A stretch of DNA of 60,000 nt from Camelus dromedarius (lineage: Eukaryota): the NCBI RefSeq assembly GCF_036321535.1, contig NC_087447.1, forward strand, positions 46,006,001 through 46,066,000, read 5' to 3'. The notes beneath the pieces are model-generated. The model did no database searches, was not told the DNA's origin, and worked only from the letters and a program-made list of their open reading frames with translations. Made by a program: the position numbers and the translations under genes. Positions 24,321 to 38,117 of this stretch are shown piece by piece (the stretch's first letter is position 1; every line of letters starts with the position of its first letter).

Positions 24321-27300
24321 AGAGTAAAAGAAGTCTTTCCTCTCATCTAAAGGCCAAGTCAAGCAGCAGTTTTCAGATCAGAAACAGTACTTGCTCCTGT
24401 CTCTAATAAAATCTGTCTGATGACTCTAAGCTGCATCATGAGTAGCTTAGCTTAGCTAAACAAAGGGAAGACTTTTCTTGGAAGTGAAGTTAAAGACAAT
24501 AATTCACCTAGTCTTGTGGCATTTGCTCCATCAACATCTCTATTTGTATTCCTTCTAATTTTCCAGATTTTGAACAGTAAGACTTTTCCCACTTACCCCT
24601 GGTACTTTATCTTCAAGCCCTCTGAGCTCCTGGTTATTCTTAATTCCCACTCTTTTATTTACTTTTTTGACCCTGATGCCTATTCAGAAATCCCAAATCC
24701 TGTATAGATGTTTCACTTTAGTTTAGTTTAGTTAATGATGGTAAAAACTGTTCTATATATATATAGAACACACACACACACACACATATATATATTTCTT
24801 GATACATACAATAGTCAAACCTCAAAATACAGTCATTGACATAACCTCACTATTGTTTAACTTACATTTCTAATTGGTTTACATTTACTGCAGCATATTT
24901 ATTGCATATGGTGTCCTAAGTCTGCAGCAATCTGATTTATCTTTTTTATTTTGAACATAAGGGCCAGTATGGCACAGGAAAATGACCATACCTTTAGAGT
25001 CAGACAGATCTGGACTCACACACTGGCTCCATTATATCTACTGATGGGAACCTTCAATAATTTCTTTTCTCTGAACATAAGTCAGCTCACCTGAAAACAA
25101 GGAATGTTAGTCACTGCCTATTTCATGGTGCCATTAAAGTAACAGTGTAGAGATATCTAGCAAAGAATCTGGCCCAATATTAATTTTTCTTCTCTCTAAG
25201 AACAATTAAAACTATCCTCTCATCAGTCTTCCAACCTTTCACCTACTTCATATTTCAGGTCCCAGACATTGAGACGGCAGTGCCTCCCTTCAACATAATC
25301 AAACGACAGTCACTGCTTCACCTCCATGTAAGTAACTTGTAACATTGCACAGACTCTTTTCCTAAATTCAGAAAATGTATACATTTTGTTTTTAATCGGG
25401 TAAGTCGAATGTTTGAATGTGTTTTCATCTGATTTAACTTGGAACACAATGAGCTCTTTTAGGCTCCAGACCCCACAGTCTTCTTTTGGAACAGTCATTT
25501 TTCTTCCACTTGTTTTGGTTTGTTTTTCCAGGGATGGCGATTATCTGTATGTTGTCTTTTCACTTTTTGCCCTTCACAAATATAATTGTCTCATTGTTTT
25601 CTTTTTATTATTTACTCCTTTGCATTATGGGAGAGTTTTCAAATATATTCTCCTAATTGAACTGATTTAAATTACTGTACCTCAATTCTGCTTTTGATTG
25701 TATCTAATATTTGCTTTAATTCATTATATTTGTAGTATCTCATTATTTTGGCCTTTTTCCCCAATTTTTTTCTTTAATAATGCTATACAGTGCTATTGTC
25801 TGAGTTACCTTAGGGTATTTTCTTCTCAGTTCTACAGGGATTTTAACATCTTTGATGATGACCGAGTCTTTATGATGTAATAAGGAATGTGCTGTGTGGT
25901 TTACAGACATTATTAAATGTTCATATATGCTTATACTTTGACTTTTCCAGATGCTCTTCCCTTTTAATTTGTATGCAATATTTTAAAGATTTTATGCTAG
26001 CATATATTTTCCTTTATACACTCCCTAGCAGAAAGCAAGGTCTGTCACACCTAGTTTTTCAATAAACTCTTCATGGGGCTTGCTCATGGCTGCTGTGTCA
26101 CAAGTATGATTATGTAGAGTGCACTTTCTGATCTGATTTCCAGTTTCTAGAAGCCTGCAGTTTCACTAAGTAACACCCATGCCACTAACATCGTCTAGTT
26201 CTTTGCCACTTTGAAATAATGGAGGAAATTAAAACCTAAATTCCAAAATTGTGCTGTTGCCAGAATTATTCTGTTTCCTCTTCTGCTGACAAAGATGTAC
26301 TTGAGCGAATATTTCAAAATTCAGTGTGTCTCTACTAATGCTACCCCTCGCACCATTATCTTTGCCTGTTTTTCTTGAGGTGAGATGTCTGGTGCAAGGA
26401 GAATGCTCTGGGTCACTTTATAGTTAGGCATCTTATAGAAAGAGATGCCTCTTTTTATTTTGGTGTAGACTCTGGATTCCTGAGTGTAGACTATGGTAAA
26501 GGTGTTAAGTGCTATCCTATGTTTTAACTTAATTCATCTCCATATTCCTTAGTTTGGAGCAGTTAATCACTCTAAAAACATTCTGGAAGAAGGCTACCTA
26601 TCAGTTTAACATTGATATTTCTTTGGTCTATTCCTTTTCCCCTTTTTTGAGAATTTGATAGAAATTGGGAGAGACTGTTTCAGGAAGTACTGGTTAAAGA
26701 TACTTTATAATGAAAGTCTACTTAAAATCTTAGGAAAACTCTAAGAGTGATACACTGTATAAATTAGAAAGAATTGCAGTACAGACAGATATCAATGATC
26801 AACACATGGGAGGTGAGAATACATTCATATTTCTGAATTTGGCAACCTGATACATCAGGCTAGCGTAGATCTGTAGACCTACAATTGAGCCATAGAGCTA
26901 TCAATCAAAACAGGAAAAAGCAGAATACACACGCTGCGGGGGCTCTGTGGACTAATGCAGGTGCGGTAATTTTGCGCTTGAGTTACCTTGAGACATTTTA
27001 GTGGAGAAATCAAAGAGGTAAACATATGGGTCTGATATTTAAGAGGTTAGCCTGGGATGAATTAAATATTTTAAAGTAGTAAAATAAATGAATAAAAAGG
27101 ATTGTCCATGGAATGCTATGGAATTGAAAGTATGTAGAAATAAGTAACATGTTTGGAGAAATAAGGATGCTGATTTTTAACTAAATCTGTAAGTTATGTA
27201 GCTAATTAGATGATAAAATTGTATTAAAATGGGCCTACTTAGTGGAAATGATCTTAGATGGCATCCAAAGGAACTACAGAAGACTTAAAGAAGTTAAAAA

Positions 27301-28533
27301 TGTATTTTGAGCAGTAGCTTTATTTTTATAAAAATGTTATGTCCACTGCAGATTAATTTCAATTAGAGCATCTCATGTTATGCTTAAGAATTTCCTATTT
27401 GCTAAAATTAAGCTGCATTCATTTATTTAAATATCATACAAAACATATACAATCCAGAAATAAAACTGTTTGAACTCTGAACCATAGAAATGTCAAATAA
27501 GAGATTTACATAGATATCTCTAACATATTTGCCTTGTTTATTAATAGAGAATTATATCATTGTTGAAGTAGAATTATATCATCATTATTATAATTATTAT
27601 TTTCATTAGAAAATGTAGTGTAGTTTTTAATAGCACAGGCTCTAAAGTCTTAATTTTCTCATTCCTAATGTCATCCCTTTCAGATTTTACATTTGGCAAT
27701 TTATCCTAACTTTTAAATTTCTCTTTATTTTTATCTGTAATAAAAACCTCTCTCTTTTAGGTTTGCCATAGGCTCAAGTGAAATAATCTATATAAAATAC
27801 TTAAAACATTGTATAGGGTATGGTCTTAACATTCACATAATGTTATATATCTGAGTAACCCTATAAGAGATCAAAGGCCAGATTAAGGACCAGGGTATAC
27901 ATGTTACAAAAGATTATTATTATTTTCCTCGTTGATTTTTACCACAACCCAGGCAGCCCCATAGTGGTAAGCAAGGCAGTATTTTAATGTTACAATTCAA
28001 GAATATCAAGCTTCAGATTCACGGGACCCGAAGCATCTTCCCTCTAGTTCCCTTTAATAAAAAAATGTAATGAGAAAGGATGAACTGACATTATCTAGGG
28101 TGGAGTCTTAGGTATATGTAATCCCTGAAAAAGAGATGTTTCCCTGCAAAGTTACAATGATTTTTCACTTAGATTCTGAGTTTAATAATTCTAAAGGTCC
28201 AAGGCAGAATTAGTCAATTATTCTCTTAGGCCAAGTCCTGCTCATGGTTAAATAGAATATTTCAGGAAGAGCAAATGAAATACAAATCAATTAGTAAATA
28301 CATATTGAATATTTACTATGAGCGAAGAAATCTACAAGACAGAGATAAGCTAAAATTAACCTTTTATTCTAACGAGTCCTCATTAATAAGCATCAGTTTA
28401 TAATCCAGTTGAAAATTTAAAATGTAATAGAAAATACTGGTAAGGGTACAGGATAATAAGTGATAAACACCAAATAGATTTAGCTAAGTAAAATGAAATT
28501 AAATTGAACTCCAATAAATATCTTATTTCAGTG

Positions 28534-28830
28534 ATGAATTTCACAGACATGATATTGAGTGAAAAAAAAGCAAGATGCAAATAGTATACACTGCATGATT
28601 CCATTTACATCAAGATCAAGAACAGAAATTATGGTAATAGAAGTCAGACCAATGGTTACTATAAAAGGGGACATGGATGAGGATGAGGTCTTCTTGGTTA
28701 GTGGTAATAATTTATAGTTGATCTCAGAAGTGGTTACACTAGTGTGTATAGATGCCAAACTTAACTGAGCTGTACTCTAAAGTCTTGTGCACTTTACTAA
28801 ATGTACATTTAATTTCAAATAAAAATAATT
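28534..28830 (+). mobile_element. Old L1 (L1MD/ME-like) 3' end
   Basis: ATGAATTTCACAGACATGATATTGAGTGAAAAAAAAGC..TGATTCCATTTACAT..GTGGTTACAC..TGAGCTGTAC..GTGCACTTTACT..AATAAAA. Confidence 0.7.
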
Positions 28831-28889
28831 TTAAAATTCTAAATTTAGAAAGTCAAGCTCTTACAAGAGAATTCTGCTCCTGCCGCATA

Positions 28890-29834
28890 ATGACAATTTT
28901 CCATAATTCCACTTTCCCTACTTTCCTCTTGACTGGGGCTCCTGGACTTGAATGGGCCCATGTCTGGATCTCCATCCCCTTCTGCTGCCTCTATATAACT
29001 GCCCTTTCTGGAAATTTCTTGATCCTGTTCGTAGTCCTCACTGAGCCAAGCCTCCATGAGCCCATGTACTATTTCCTCTTCATGTTGTCCACCACCGACA
29101 TTGGCTTATGCATCTCCACACTGGTGACGGTACTGGGAATATTCTGGGTCAATGCCCGGGAAATCAGCTTCAATGCTTGCTTATCACAGATGTTCTTCAT
29201 TCACCTTTTCACTTTCATGGAATCTTCGGTGCTCCTGGCTATGGCCTTTGATCGCTTTGTGGCCATTTGTAACCCCTTGAGATACGCCACCATTCTAACG
29301 CACACAAGGATCGCACAGATTGGTTTAGCAGTTATCACCAGAGGGACAGTCGTTCTAACACCACTAGTCCTGCTTCTTAAGTGTCTATCATTCTGCCACA
29401 GTCATGTGCTCCATCACTTCTACTGCTTCCACCCTGATGTGATGAAGCTCTCATGTTCAGATACAAAGATTAATAGTGCGTTTGGATTAACTGCAATTAT
29501 CTCTACTGCTGGAGTGGACTCTGTCTTTATCCTGCTCTCCTACATCTTGATTATTCGCTCAGTTCTCAACATCGCATCCCCAGAGGAGAGGAAAAAAGCC
29601 TTCAGCACTTGCATTTCTCATATCACTGCTGTGGCCATATTTTACATTCCTCTGATCAGCCTGTCTTTTGTTCACAGATTTGGAAAACATGTTCCACGCT
29701 ACGTGCCCACACTTATTGCTAATGTATTCTTGCTCGTTCCCCCTGTGATGAACCCCATCATCTATAGCGTAAAAACAAAGCAGATTCAGAAAGCTATGCT
29801 GAAACTTGTATGTTCCAATGGACTTCGTATTTAA
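28890..29834 (+). CDS. Intact OR51F-like olfactory receptor (314 aa from MTIFHNST)
   Basis: LHEPMYYFL, MAFDRFVAICNPLRY, CFHPDVMKLSCSD, KAFSTCISH, PPVMNPIIYSVKTKQI. The 46-codon upstream in-frame extension is mostly L1-derived. Confidence 0.94.
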   Translation: MTIFHNSTFPTFLLTGAPGLEWAHVWISIPFCCLYITALSGNFLILFVVLTEPSLHEPMYYFLFMLSTTDIGLCISTLVTVLGIFWVNAREISFNACLSQMFFIHLFTFMESSVLLAMAFDRFVAICNPLRYATILTHTRIAQIGLAVITRGTVVLTPLVLLLKCLSFCHSHVLHHFYCFHPDVMKLSCSDTKINSAFGLTAIISTAGVDSVFILLSYILIIRSVLNIASPEERKKAFSTCISHITAVAIFYIPLISLSFVHRFGKHVPRYVPTLIANVFLLVPPVMNPIIYSVKTKQIQKAMLKLVCSNGLRI

Positions 29835-30644
29835 CAGTTCTGCTCCCATAATGACCTATTTCAAAGTCATTGAAAATTTACCACAAATTGGAGTTAGAAA
29901 CCTGTACAATTTTAGAGTTGGGTGGAGCTAGACATTATCCAGTTTGAACATCTCCACAATTTAGTTAATTCCACCTAAAGCAATCTTAGCTTTTCTACCA
30001 CTAAAATATTAATTCAGAGATTCACTACTTCTCCATTAACTTGTTCCTATAGATGACTAACCAAACTCTCATCTCTATTCTATTTCTGCCCAAAAGTACC
30101 CATCACTCACTATGAACTAATTTTCCAAATATCCAGCTCAAATAAAATTTTAAAACAAACTAGTAGGTATCTCTTTCATGGTTGTTTCTTATACACCAAC
30201 TAAACGAAGCAAAAACTCCCATCTATGATGAAGTCCTCCGCAGTTAGGGTTCAACTTTCCTTTAAAGTTTAATCTACCTATTTCTCTCTTCACATGTTTT
30301 GTAAGTCTAAGAAAATCTGTCCGCTAACTGCTCTGTCATGTACGTGCAATTTTCCTAATGGTGTGCTTTACTATTGATGCCACTTTAACCCCAACACCTA
30401 CTACTACAACTGGAAACTCTACCTATGTGTCAAGGGTCATCTTTAAATATCTTCTCTATTAAATTTTCCACGATTACTCCAATGACATCTGATCTCTCAT
30501 TCTCATAATTTGCCTTTTATAGTGCTCTATCTGTATCTTTTTTGCCTTCAAGTGTTTTTGACTATACACTTGTATATAATTATTATAGTTTCCACAAGGC
30601 TGTAAATTCCCTAAATTAAAAAAAAGTCTTGATTTTCTTTTTTT

Positions 30645-30985
30645 AATATAATTTTCTTTTTTAATTTTATTTTTATTGAAATGTAGTTGATTTATAATGT
30701 TAGTTTCAGGTGTACAGCAAATCGATTCAGTTATACATATACATACATGCATATATATACACATGTATTTTCAGAGTCTTTTCCATTATAGCTTATTACA
30801 AGAAATTGAATATAGTTCCCTGTGCTATACAGTAGGTCCTTGTTTATCTATTTTATATATAGTGGTGTGTATGTGTTAATCCCAAACTCCAAATTTATGC
30901 CTCCCCCCTCTCTCTTCTTCATAGTTTGTTTTCTATGTCCGTGTCTCTTTCTAGTTTGTAAATAAAATGTGTTATCTTTTTTTTA
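30645..30985 (-). mobile_element. L1 3' end (cetartiodactyl-type)
   Basis: TTTTATTGAAATGTAGTTGATTTATAATGTTAGTTTCAGGTGTACAGC..ATTGAATATAGTTCCCTGTGCTATACAGTAGGTCC. Confidence 0.85.
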
Positions 30986-31830
30986 GTTCAAATCTAAGAT
31001 TCCAGTAGGTCTCATTATACACTATACCTTGTAAATTTTACCAGCATCTTACTAATTTAGCATGTAAGGAAATCATGCTTTTCCATCTCCCTTAAATGTT
31101 GACAGGAAATAAGTTTTAAGTAGAGCAACAAAAATCAGGATGTAAAAAACATATCAAGTGTTTGAAATGATAATACCTATGCATTCATATGACTGTATAG
31201 AGATAAGGAAAGATGATAGCGTATGGCTGTTGAAGAAAAAAAATCACATGAATACTAGACATTTTACTAATTCACATGTATATATAACATGAAAGTTTTT
31301 TTTTTAATGTTGTTCTACCAATTTTACTATCTTGGGGAAGCACTGATATGTACCATGGCGGAACTTTAACAGATTTTGAATTTACAAAAATGGGATTCAA
31401 GGCCTAGTTTTTCCACTGCATGAAATATTACAAAGTTTATCTCTCTAGCTTTTACTTTCTTGGATGAAAAACTTCAATTTTATAAGAAATATGATTTTTA
31501 CATTAAATGAGATAATTCACTTAAAGCACATAGTATGGGACGCATTGTGGGATTCTACAAATGATGTGTCTTAGCTTCCTTTCAAAGTAACTGTAAGTAT
31601 TATCATCTCCAATTTACCAGGGAGAAAATTTGATCAAAAATATTCTAAGTCCTCTGATTTGAAAAATTTTGCATATTAACTTTTGAATGAGGCCAGAAAA
31701 CTGAGTTGAGATTTTGATTTAATTTCACTTAATATACTTTCAGTCAGATAATTATGAAGTCAATGGAACATGAATGACCTTATCATCAGTAACTATTCTA
31801 TAATCACTAAAACATGCACTTGAAATTTTC

Positions 31831-32303
31831 TGCTTAGGGCTCTTTCTATAACCTCTCACGTCAGCGCGATATCATGTACACACGAACACCGTGCGGAGAG
31901 AAGCGAAGCAGTTCTCTGTTTACTGATTCTTGTAAAAGGGTTTATGTAGGACATGCACGATGCCTCACATACCATCTAAGTTATAACAATGTTAATAATC
32001 TTGATCTATTAGGCTCCCAGGCTACTGCAGTAAGCATAGGATGTTACATATCAAGGACAGATTGTTTTAAAGTTCATCACGAAACTTCATTAAGTAGGCC
32101 ATCTCTTAACCAGCCGGCTGTGCCTGTTTTAGGTTGTCCTCCTCTGAGGATCTTACCTGTCATTGGCTATCCAGCTGTCCATACTGGATACATTAAATAG
32201 GCCATCTCTTATCCGGCCAGCTACGTGACATTTCTCACACCTTGTTTATCAGTTCAGCCCATGGCTTATTCTCTAGAGCCTTCAGGCGGGGGCCTATATT
32301 TCA
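31831..32303 (-). mobile_element. Probable ERV solo LTR, CpG-retaining; boundaries approximate
   Basis: Minus strand reads TGAAATATAGGCCCCC..., a ~31-bp internal direct repeat, TACATAAACCC (TATA-like), AGTAAA poly(A) signal, a GC-rich U5-like segment and ...TAAGCA. Confidence 0.5.
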
Positions 32304-33923
32304 TATATTTAAGATACTAAGTAATGTCTACAAGCACGTTTCTGTGATGTCTTTTTCAACTGCAATTGCATAGAATAAGGAAACAATAATGGAGATGATC
32401 TAATTCAATCACCTTAACATTAACATTAAATGACAAGACTAAAGATGTGTCTCTTCTGAACCCAAGCTGAGTATCCTCAGACATAAGGTATGCTGGGATC
32501 CCAGTAGCCTATAAGAGGAATAAAAATTGAGACTGGGTAGTAATAAAAGCTGGAGATTAAAAAAGAAATGTAGACAGCAACACTACATGTATTCACTAGA
32601 GGTGTCCCAAACTAAGATTTGGAGCCAGAATATTTCACTAAGGAAGTAAAATTGCGTAGGTATAACACAGCTGCAGGAGTATATTCCTCACAACAAACAG
32701 TTGGAGCATTGTGGTTCTGAATGTTCATAAGTGACCAGTGGGATTCCAGCCAATGATTGGGACTATGACGAAATCCTCCCGTCTTCAAGAAGCCAAAGAG
32801 AAGAAACTTAAGAATAGAGCACCACCAGATTGACTTAGTGAAGATCTTAGCAAGACCTTCTGGTGTATAAGGGGACTAGATCAAAGAGTTCAGTCAATAT
32901 GAGAAAGGAGAAAGGAAAGAGAAGAACATGTATCCAGGACCTCATCTACATAACAATAAGTCTCATTTCAGTTGCCCCCCTCCCCCGCCCTCGGTGGAGA
33001 TGAAAGCTCAAATGTGTCATTTACTTTGACGAAGACAGGCTCTGTAAGTGTACTGTTCTGAGGCTGTAGGCAAGTAAAGGGTGGCAATGATTCCAACAAC
33101 ACTAGACTGAAGAGGGAAGGATCTAATATCAGGTCTGTGCATACCCAGTTCACTCTTAGCCCTGAAATTTAATTCAGTTGCCTCTGAAAGGACTAATTGC
33201 TAAAGGTGAAGTTACAAAGAATTTTCTTTAACACTTACGTATCAACACAACCACAGTGACAACACATATGAAAAGAAAAAGAAAATCAAGAGCAGAAATG
33301 TAACCATAGATTAGAAACAACCTTAGCAAGACGGGGTAAGATCAATTGGCCAAGAAATAATGAATAGGATATTTTGATGTGGGTAAAATTATTTCCTTAA
33401 ATAAAATTACTTCCTAAAAAGACTATATATTTTTTAAATGTATGATAAAGTTCCATGATAATGTGCTAGTATTAACACAAATATTCTAACACATGTATTT
33501 TTTAATTAAATAATAAATCTTATTTTTCAAAACTAATAAAATTTTTGAGATCTCCATTAAATTCTTTGTATTTTTGAATTATATTGATCCAATTCTCCCT
33601 CTGTGTTTGGAGCACAAAAATGGGGGACAATGCTTAGGATCAAAGTGGAAAATGACAAAAAGTACCCCTGAGATTGAAAAGAAAAAAAAAGCTCTATTCT
33701 CTATTGTGAATCAGGAAACAAGAATTTTGGAGGGGAAGTTTAATACAGCAAAAAGAAAATAAAAACTGAGGAGCAAGAAAGAGAGGTTAGCATCCTAGGA
33801 ATAAACTCCAATTTGATTTATCAAATGGCAGTTAATAAAAATCACAATGAAATTGCTGAATGATGTTTTCATTTCTCATTCTAGGGTATTTGATTTCAGC
33901 ACCATTATTCTTCCATAGCCATC

Positions 33924-34872
33924 ATGTCACTTTATCCTAACATCACTTCCTCTTCTCTGATCTTTTTCCTGACGGAGTTCCAGGACTAGAAGCTGCCCAT
34001 GCCTGGATCTCCATCCCCTTCTGCTGTCTCTACATAATTGCCCTCTTGGGAATGGCGTAATCCTATTGGTCATCATCATTGAGGCATGTCTCCATGAACC
34101 TATGTACTATTTCCTCTCTATGCGCTCAACCATTGATCCGGGATTGTGTATTTCAACGCTGGTCACTATGCTGGGCATATTCTGGTTCCATGCAAGATAG
34201 ATCAGTTTCAATGCCTGTGTTGCCCAGACATTCTTCATTCAACTTTTTACTGTCATGGAGTCTTCAGTGCTCCTGGCGATGGCCTTTGACCACTTCTTTG
34301 CTATTTGTAATCCACTGAGATACACAAACATTTTGACTGATTTCAGAATCATGAAGGTGTGGTTTGCCATCCTTGTCAGAGGGGCAGTGATCCTAATGCC
34401 TCTGGCTCTGCTTCTTAAATGTCTGTCCTTCTGCAAAAGCTGTGTGCTCCATCAGTCTTACTGTTTCCATTCTTATATAATCCAGCTCTCATGCTCTGAC
34501 AATAAGATCAACAATGTTTTAGGACTTACTGCCCTCATAGTTACCGCAGGAGTGGACTCCATCTTTATCCTTCTCTCCTATATCCTGATTATTAATATCG
34601 TCCTGAGCTCCGCTTCCCCAGAGGAGCAGCATAAGGCCTTTAGCACTTGTGTCTCCCACATACGTGCTGTTAACATCTTCTACATCCCTTTCATCAGCTT
34701 GTGCTTTGTCCACAGGTGTGTGAAAAAGGCACCCCCTTATGTGTACACTCTCATGGCCAATGTGTACTTGCTTATTCCGCCAGTGATGAATCCCATTATC
34801 TATAGTGTAAAAACCAAGCAGATCCTTAGGGCCATTAAAAAAGTCTTCTTCCCCAAGCGATCTGAAGTCTGA
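33924..34872 (+). pseudogene. OR51F-like olfactory receptor pseudogene
   Basis: ATG 33924 (MSLYPNITSSSLIFFLT). 1-bp deletions near 33974 and 34050, in-frame TAG at 34198-34200, MAFDR>MAFDH. The rest is open to TGA 34872. Acceptor TTCTAG at 33883. Confidence 0.94.
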
Positions 34873-35034
34873 CTCTAACAACTCTGCAATAAAAGCTACT
34901 CCTTAGTTATCACTTCTAAGACCTGATGTTTAATCAATATGATCTCTTCTCTCCGTGACTGGAAATCAAAAAACACAGAAAGTTGGGTGGGGTGGGTGGG
35001 GGATGTGGTTTGGTGGAAATTTATATTTTTAATT

Positions 35035-36610
35035 TTTAGATTTTTTATATTTATTACTGAAGTATAGTTGATGTACAATATTATATAAATAATAGGTGTG
35101 CAATAGAGTGATTCAGTTTTTAAAGGTTATACTCCATTTATAGTTATTATATAATATTGGTTATATTCCCCATGTTGTACAATATACCTTGTAGCTCATT
35201 TTATACATAATAGTTTGTACCTCTTAATCCCCTACCCCTATTTTTTCCCTTACCCCTTCCCTCTCCACACTAGTAATCACTAGTTTGTTCTCTGTATCCC
35301 TCAGTCTGTTTCTTTTTTTGTTGTATACACTAGCTTGTTGTATTTTTTAAATTCTACATATAAGAGTTATCATACAGTATTTGTCTTACTTGATCTGACT
35401 TATTTTACTTAGCATAATGTCCTCCAAGTCCATCCATGTTGTTGCAAATGATCTGCTTTTTTTGTATAGAATATCCTGAGAAATCTATTTTAAAAATTCT
35501 TAAAACTAATAAATGACTTCAGCAAAGTTGCAGAAAACAAGATCAATGTATTAAAAAATTATTGTATTTTTATACACTAAAAAAGAAAAATCCAAATGTA
35601 AAATTAAGAAAATAATCATTTACAATAGCATCAAAAATAATAAAAATACTTGGAAATAAATTTAGCCAAGGAGGTACAAAACTTACCCAATGAGAACATT
35701 GTACACAAAAACACTGCTCAAAGAAATTAAGGAAATCATAAAGAAATAAAAAGATATGCCATGTTTATGGATTTTAAGACTTAATGTGGTTAATATGGCT
35801 ATACTTCCCAAATTGATTCTTAGGTACAGTGAAATCTCTATCAAAATTCAAGTTTGTTTCTTTACCTAAATTGACAGACTGCTCTCAAAATATGTATGGA
35901 ATTTTAAGGCACCAAGAATAGCAAAAGTCATCTTGAAAAGGCAGCAAAGTTGAAGGGTTCACACTTAAAAATTTCAAAATGTACTACACAGCTCCAATAA
36001 TCCAGATAGTGTAATACTGGCATAGGACAGACATGTAGTTCAATGAAATAAAATTGAGAGTACAAAAATAAGATATCACATTTCTTGTCAATTGATTTTT
36101 GACACAGGTATCAAGAAAGTTCAATGAGGAAAAATTGTTTTCAACAAATGGTGCTGCCACCCAAATGTCCATCAACTAAAAAATGCCTATCTATAGCTTG
36201 ATATATTCATAGAGTAGATTATTACTTTCCATCGAAGAAGAGTGAAGTATTTACACTTAACTACAAATGGATGAACCTTGAAAATACTATGCTAATTAAA
36301 AAAAGCCAGTAACAAAAGACTACATACTATATTAATTCATTTATATGAAACGTTCAGTATAGGCAAATCTACAGATACACAGAGTAGATTAGTGGTTGCC
36401 TAGGGTTGTGGGGGATGGAAGGTATTGAGATGTAACCGCTCATGGGTAGGGTTTCCATTGTGGATTATAAAATGATCTAAAATTTACTGTGGTGATAGTT
36501 TCACAACTCTGTGAATATACTAAAAGCCATTGAACTTTTACATATTAAATAGGTAAGTTGTATTGTTTGTGAATTGTGTCACAATAAAACAGTTATGTTT
36601 TTCAAAAAAA
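35035..36610. mobile_element. L1 patchwork: minus-strand 3' end (35035-35450), then plus-strand ORF2 fragment and L1MB-like 3' end
   Basis: GAAGTATAGTTGATGTACAATATT..TCCATCCATGTTGTTGCAAATG; CTAATAAATGACTTCAGCAAAGTTGCAG..TTCAACAAATGGTGCTG; ATGGATGAACCTTGAAAA..AGTGGTTGCCTAGGG. Confidence 0.8.
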
Positions 36611-37308
36611 GAAGATTGGAGATTATATAAGAGAGGTAGAGAAAGTGCACATGTCCAAACTGCTCTCGCTCTAGAAAAAGAAGAAAATGTGCTCGAAATA
36701 AAGATTAAATTAATAGTAACACCAGACTATAAATACATGCATAATCAGTGATCTGTAAATTGGGCCAATCCATGAAAGATAGAACAAAAATAAAATAACA
36801 TTGGTAGATGAAACTGTAGCCCAAAATATGTACAAGAGAATACTGAAGGGGAAGTGGAAGTTACTCTAAGGGATAGTCTGAGTTCCGGGCTATTGGATTG
36901 GAGAACTCCATTAAAATATTCAGTCATTTCACTTCTGTCCCTCTAACCCTAACCTGGCTCTCTTTGTGTCATATTCTAGGCCACAGAGAAATTTGCTTAA
37001 AGGTAGGAAAAGTGAATGCAAATGGTTCTGCCAACTGAGGCAGGTCTGCACCTTAACTCATTGGCAATATCCAGGGGGAACAGAGAGCCTCTATGCGCAG
37101 ACGAAGAGCTAATAGTATATTTTCCTTCCCCACGACAGGATGTCCCCTTCCTCACAATACTGAGGGCAGTAGGTCTGTAGAAAATAGAAGCAATATCCAT
37201 GAAAATATGAACAGAAAATCTTAAATATACAGAAGATCGCAGTGTAGAATTCCTAGATACATCATTTCAGAGGGGCTATGAATTAACAGGAAATAGCAAC
37301 ATGTATAC

Positions 37309-37361
37309 ATACACACACACACACACACACACACACTCTCTCTCTCTCTCTCTCTCTCTCT
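37309..37361. repeat. Compound (CA)n(CT)n microsatellite
   Basis: Read directly. Confidence 0.95.
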
Positions 37362-38117
37362 TTAACATTAGAATTAAGTGATAGAATATTAAACCCAGGA
37401 TATTTTTGGAGTATCACAGTTACACATGTGGCATATCTAAGCGTACCTTCACTTATGCACTAGAAACCTAAATGTGGGGGAGAGGTAGGGGAGAGCAGAG
37501 CTGCTGAAAACTGTCTTCACACGTTGGGACATGATTAGACCAGAGCCTGATTTCTTAACCAGCCATAGTCCTTAGGTCTGCAAATACTTAGAGCTTCCAC
37601 CTTTACTCAGAAGGAATGTACCCAAATAAACTAATTGGTTCACAGAAATATGTACAAATGTCTGAGGTATTCAAGGAAAGTTCAGTGTCAGACAGCTAGG
37701 GCATACCGAATAATGTGTGCAGAGACATGGGGAGAGAAGCAGTCAGTGTGTAGGCCTCTAGAACCTGAAGGGGCCCACTAAGCATTGTGCATCCTTGGGG
37801 CTGGAAGGCAAGACACAATATTTGCCCTTTACTGTTCAAGAGATGTCCTGGCATAGCTCAGACACTGGGCCACTAAAAGTTTTACTGATGTGGCAGGCCT
37901 CTGTTTTTGCAGGCTTGCCAGCCAGCCTCTGGACTGTGTGTGTTACTAGCTACTCCTTATCCACGCTGCATGATTAGCATGATTTTATCATTTCATCATA
38001 GAGTGGTCCAGTGTGATGCTCTGTGGATACCCTATTGTTCCAGGTCTCTTAATACTATATTATTTCAGAGTTCCAGAAAGACAACATAGCCCTGGGTCAA
38101 GACTATGAATGTGAGCA

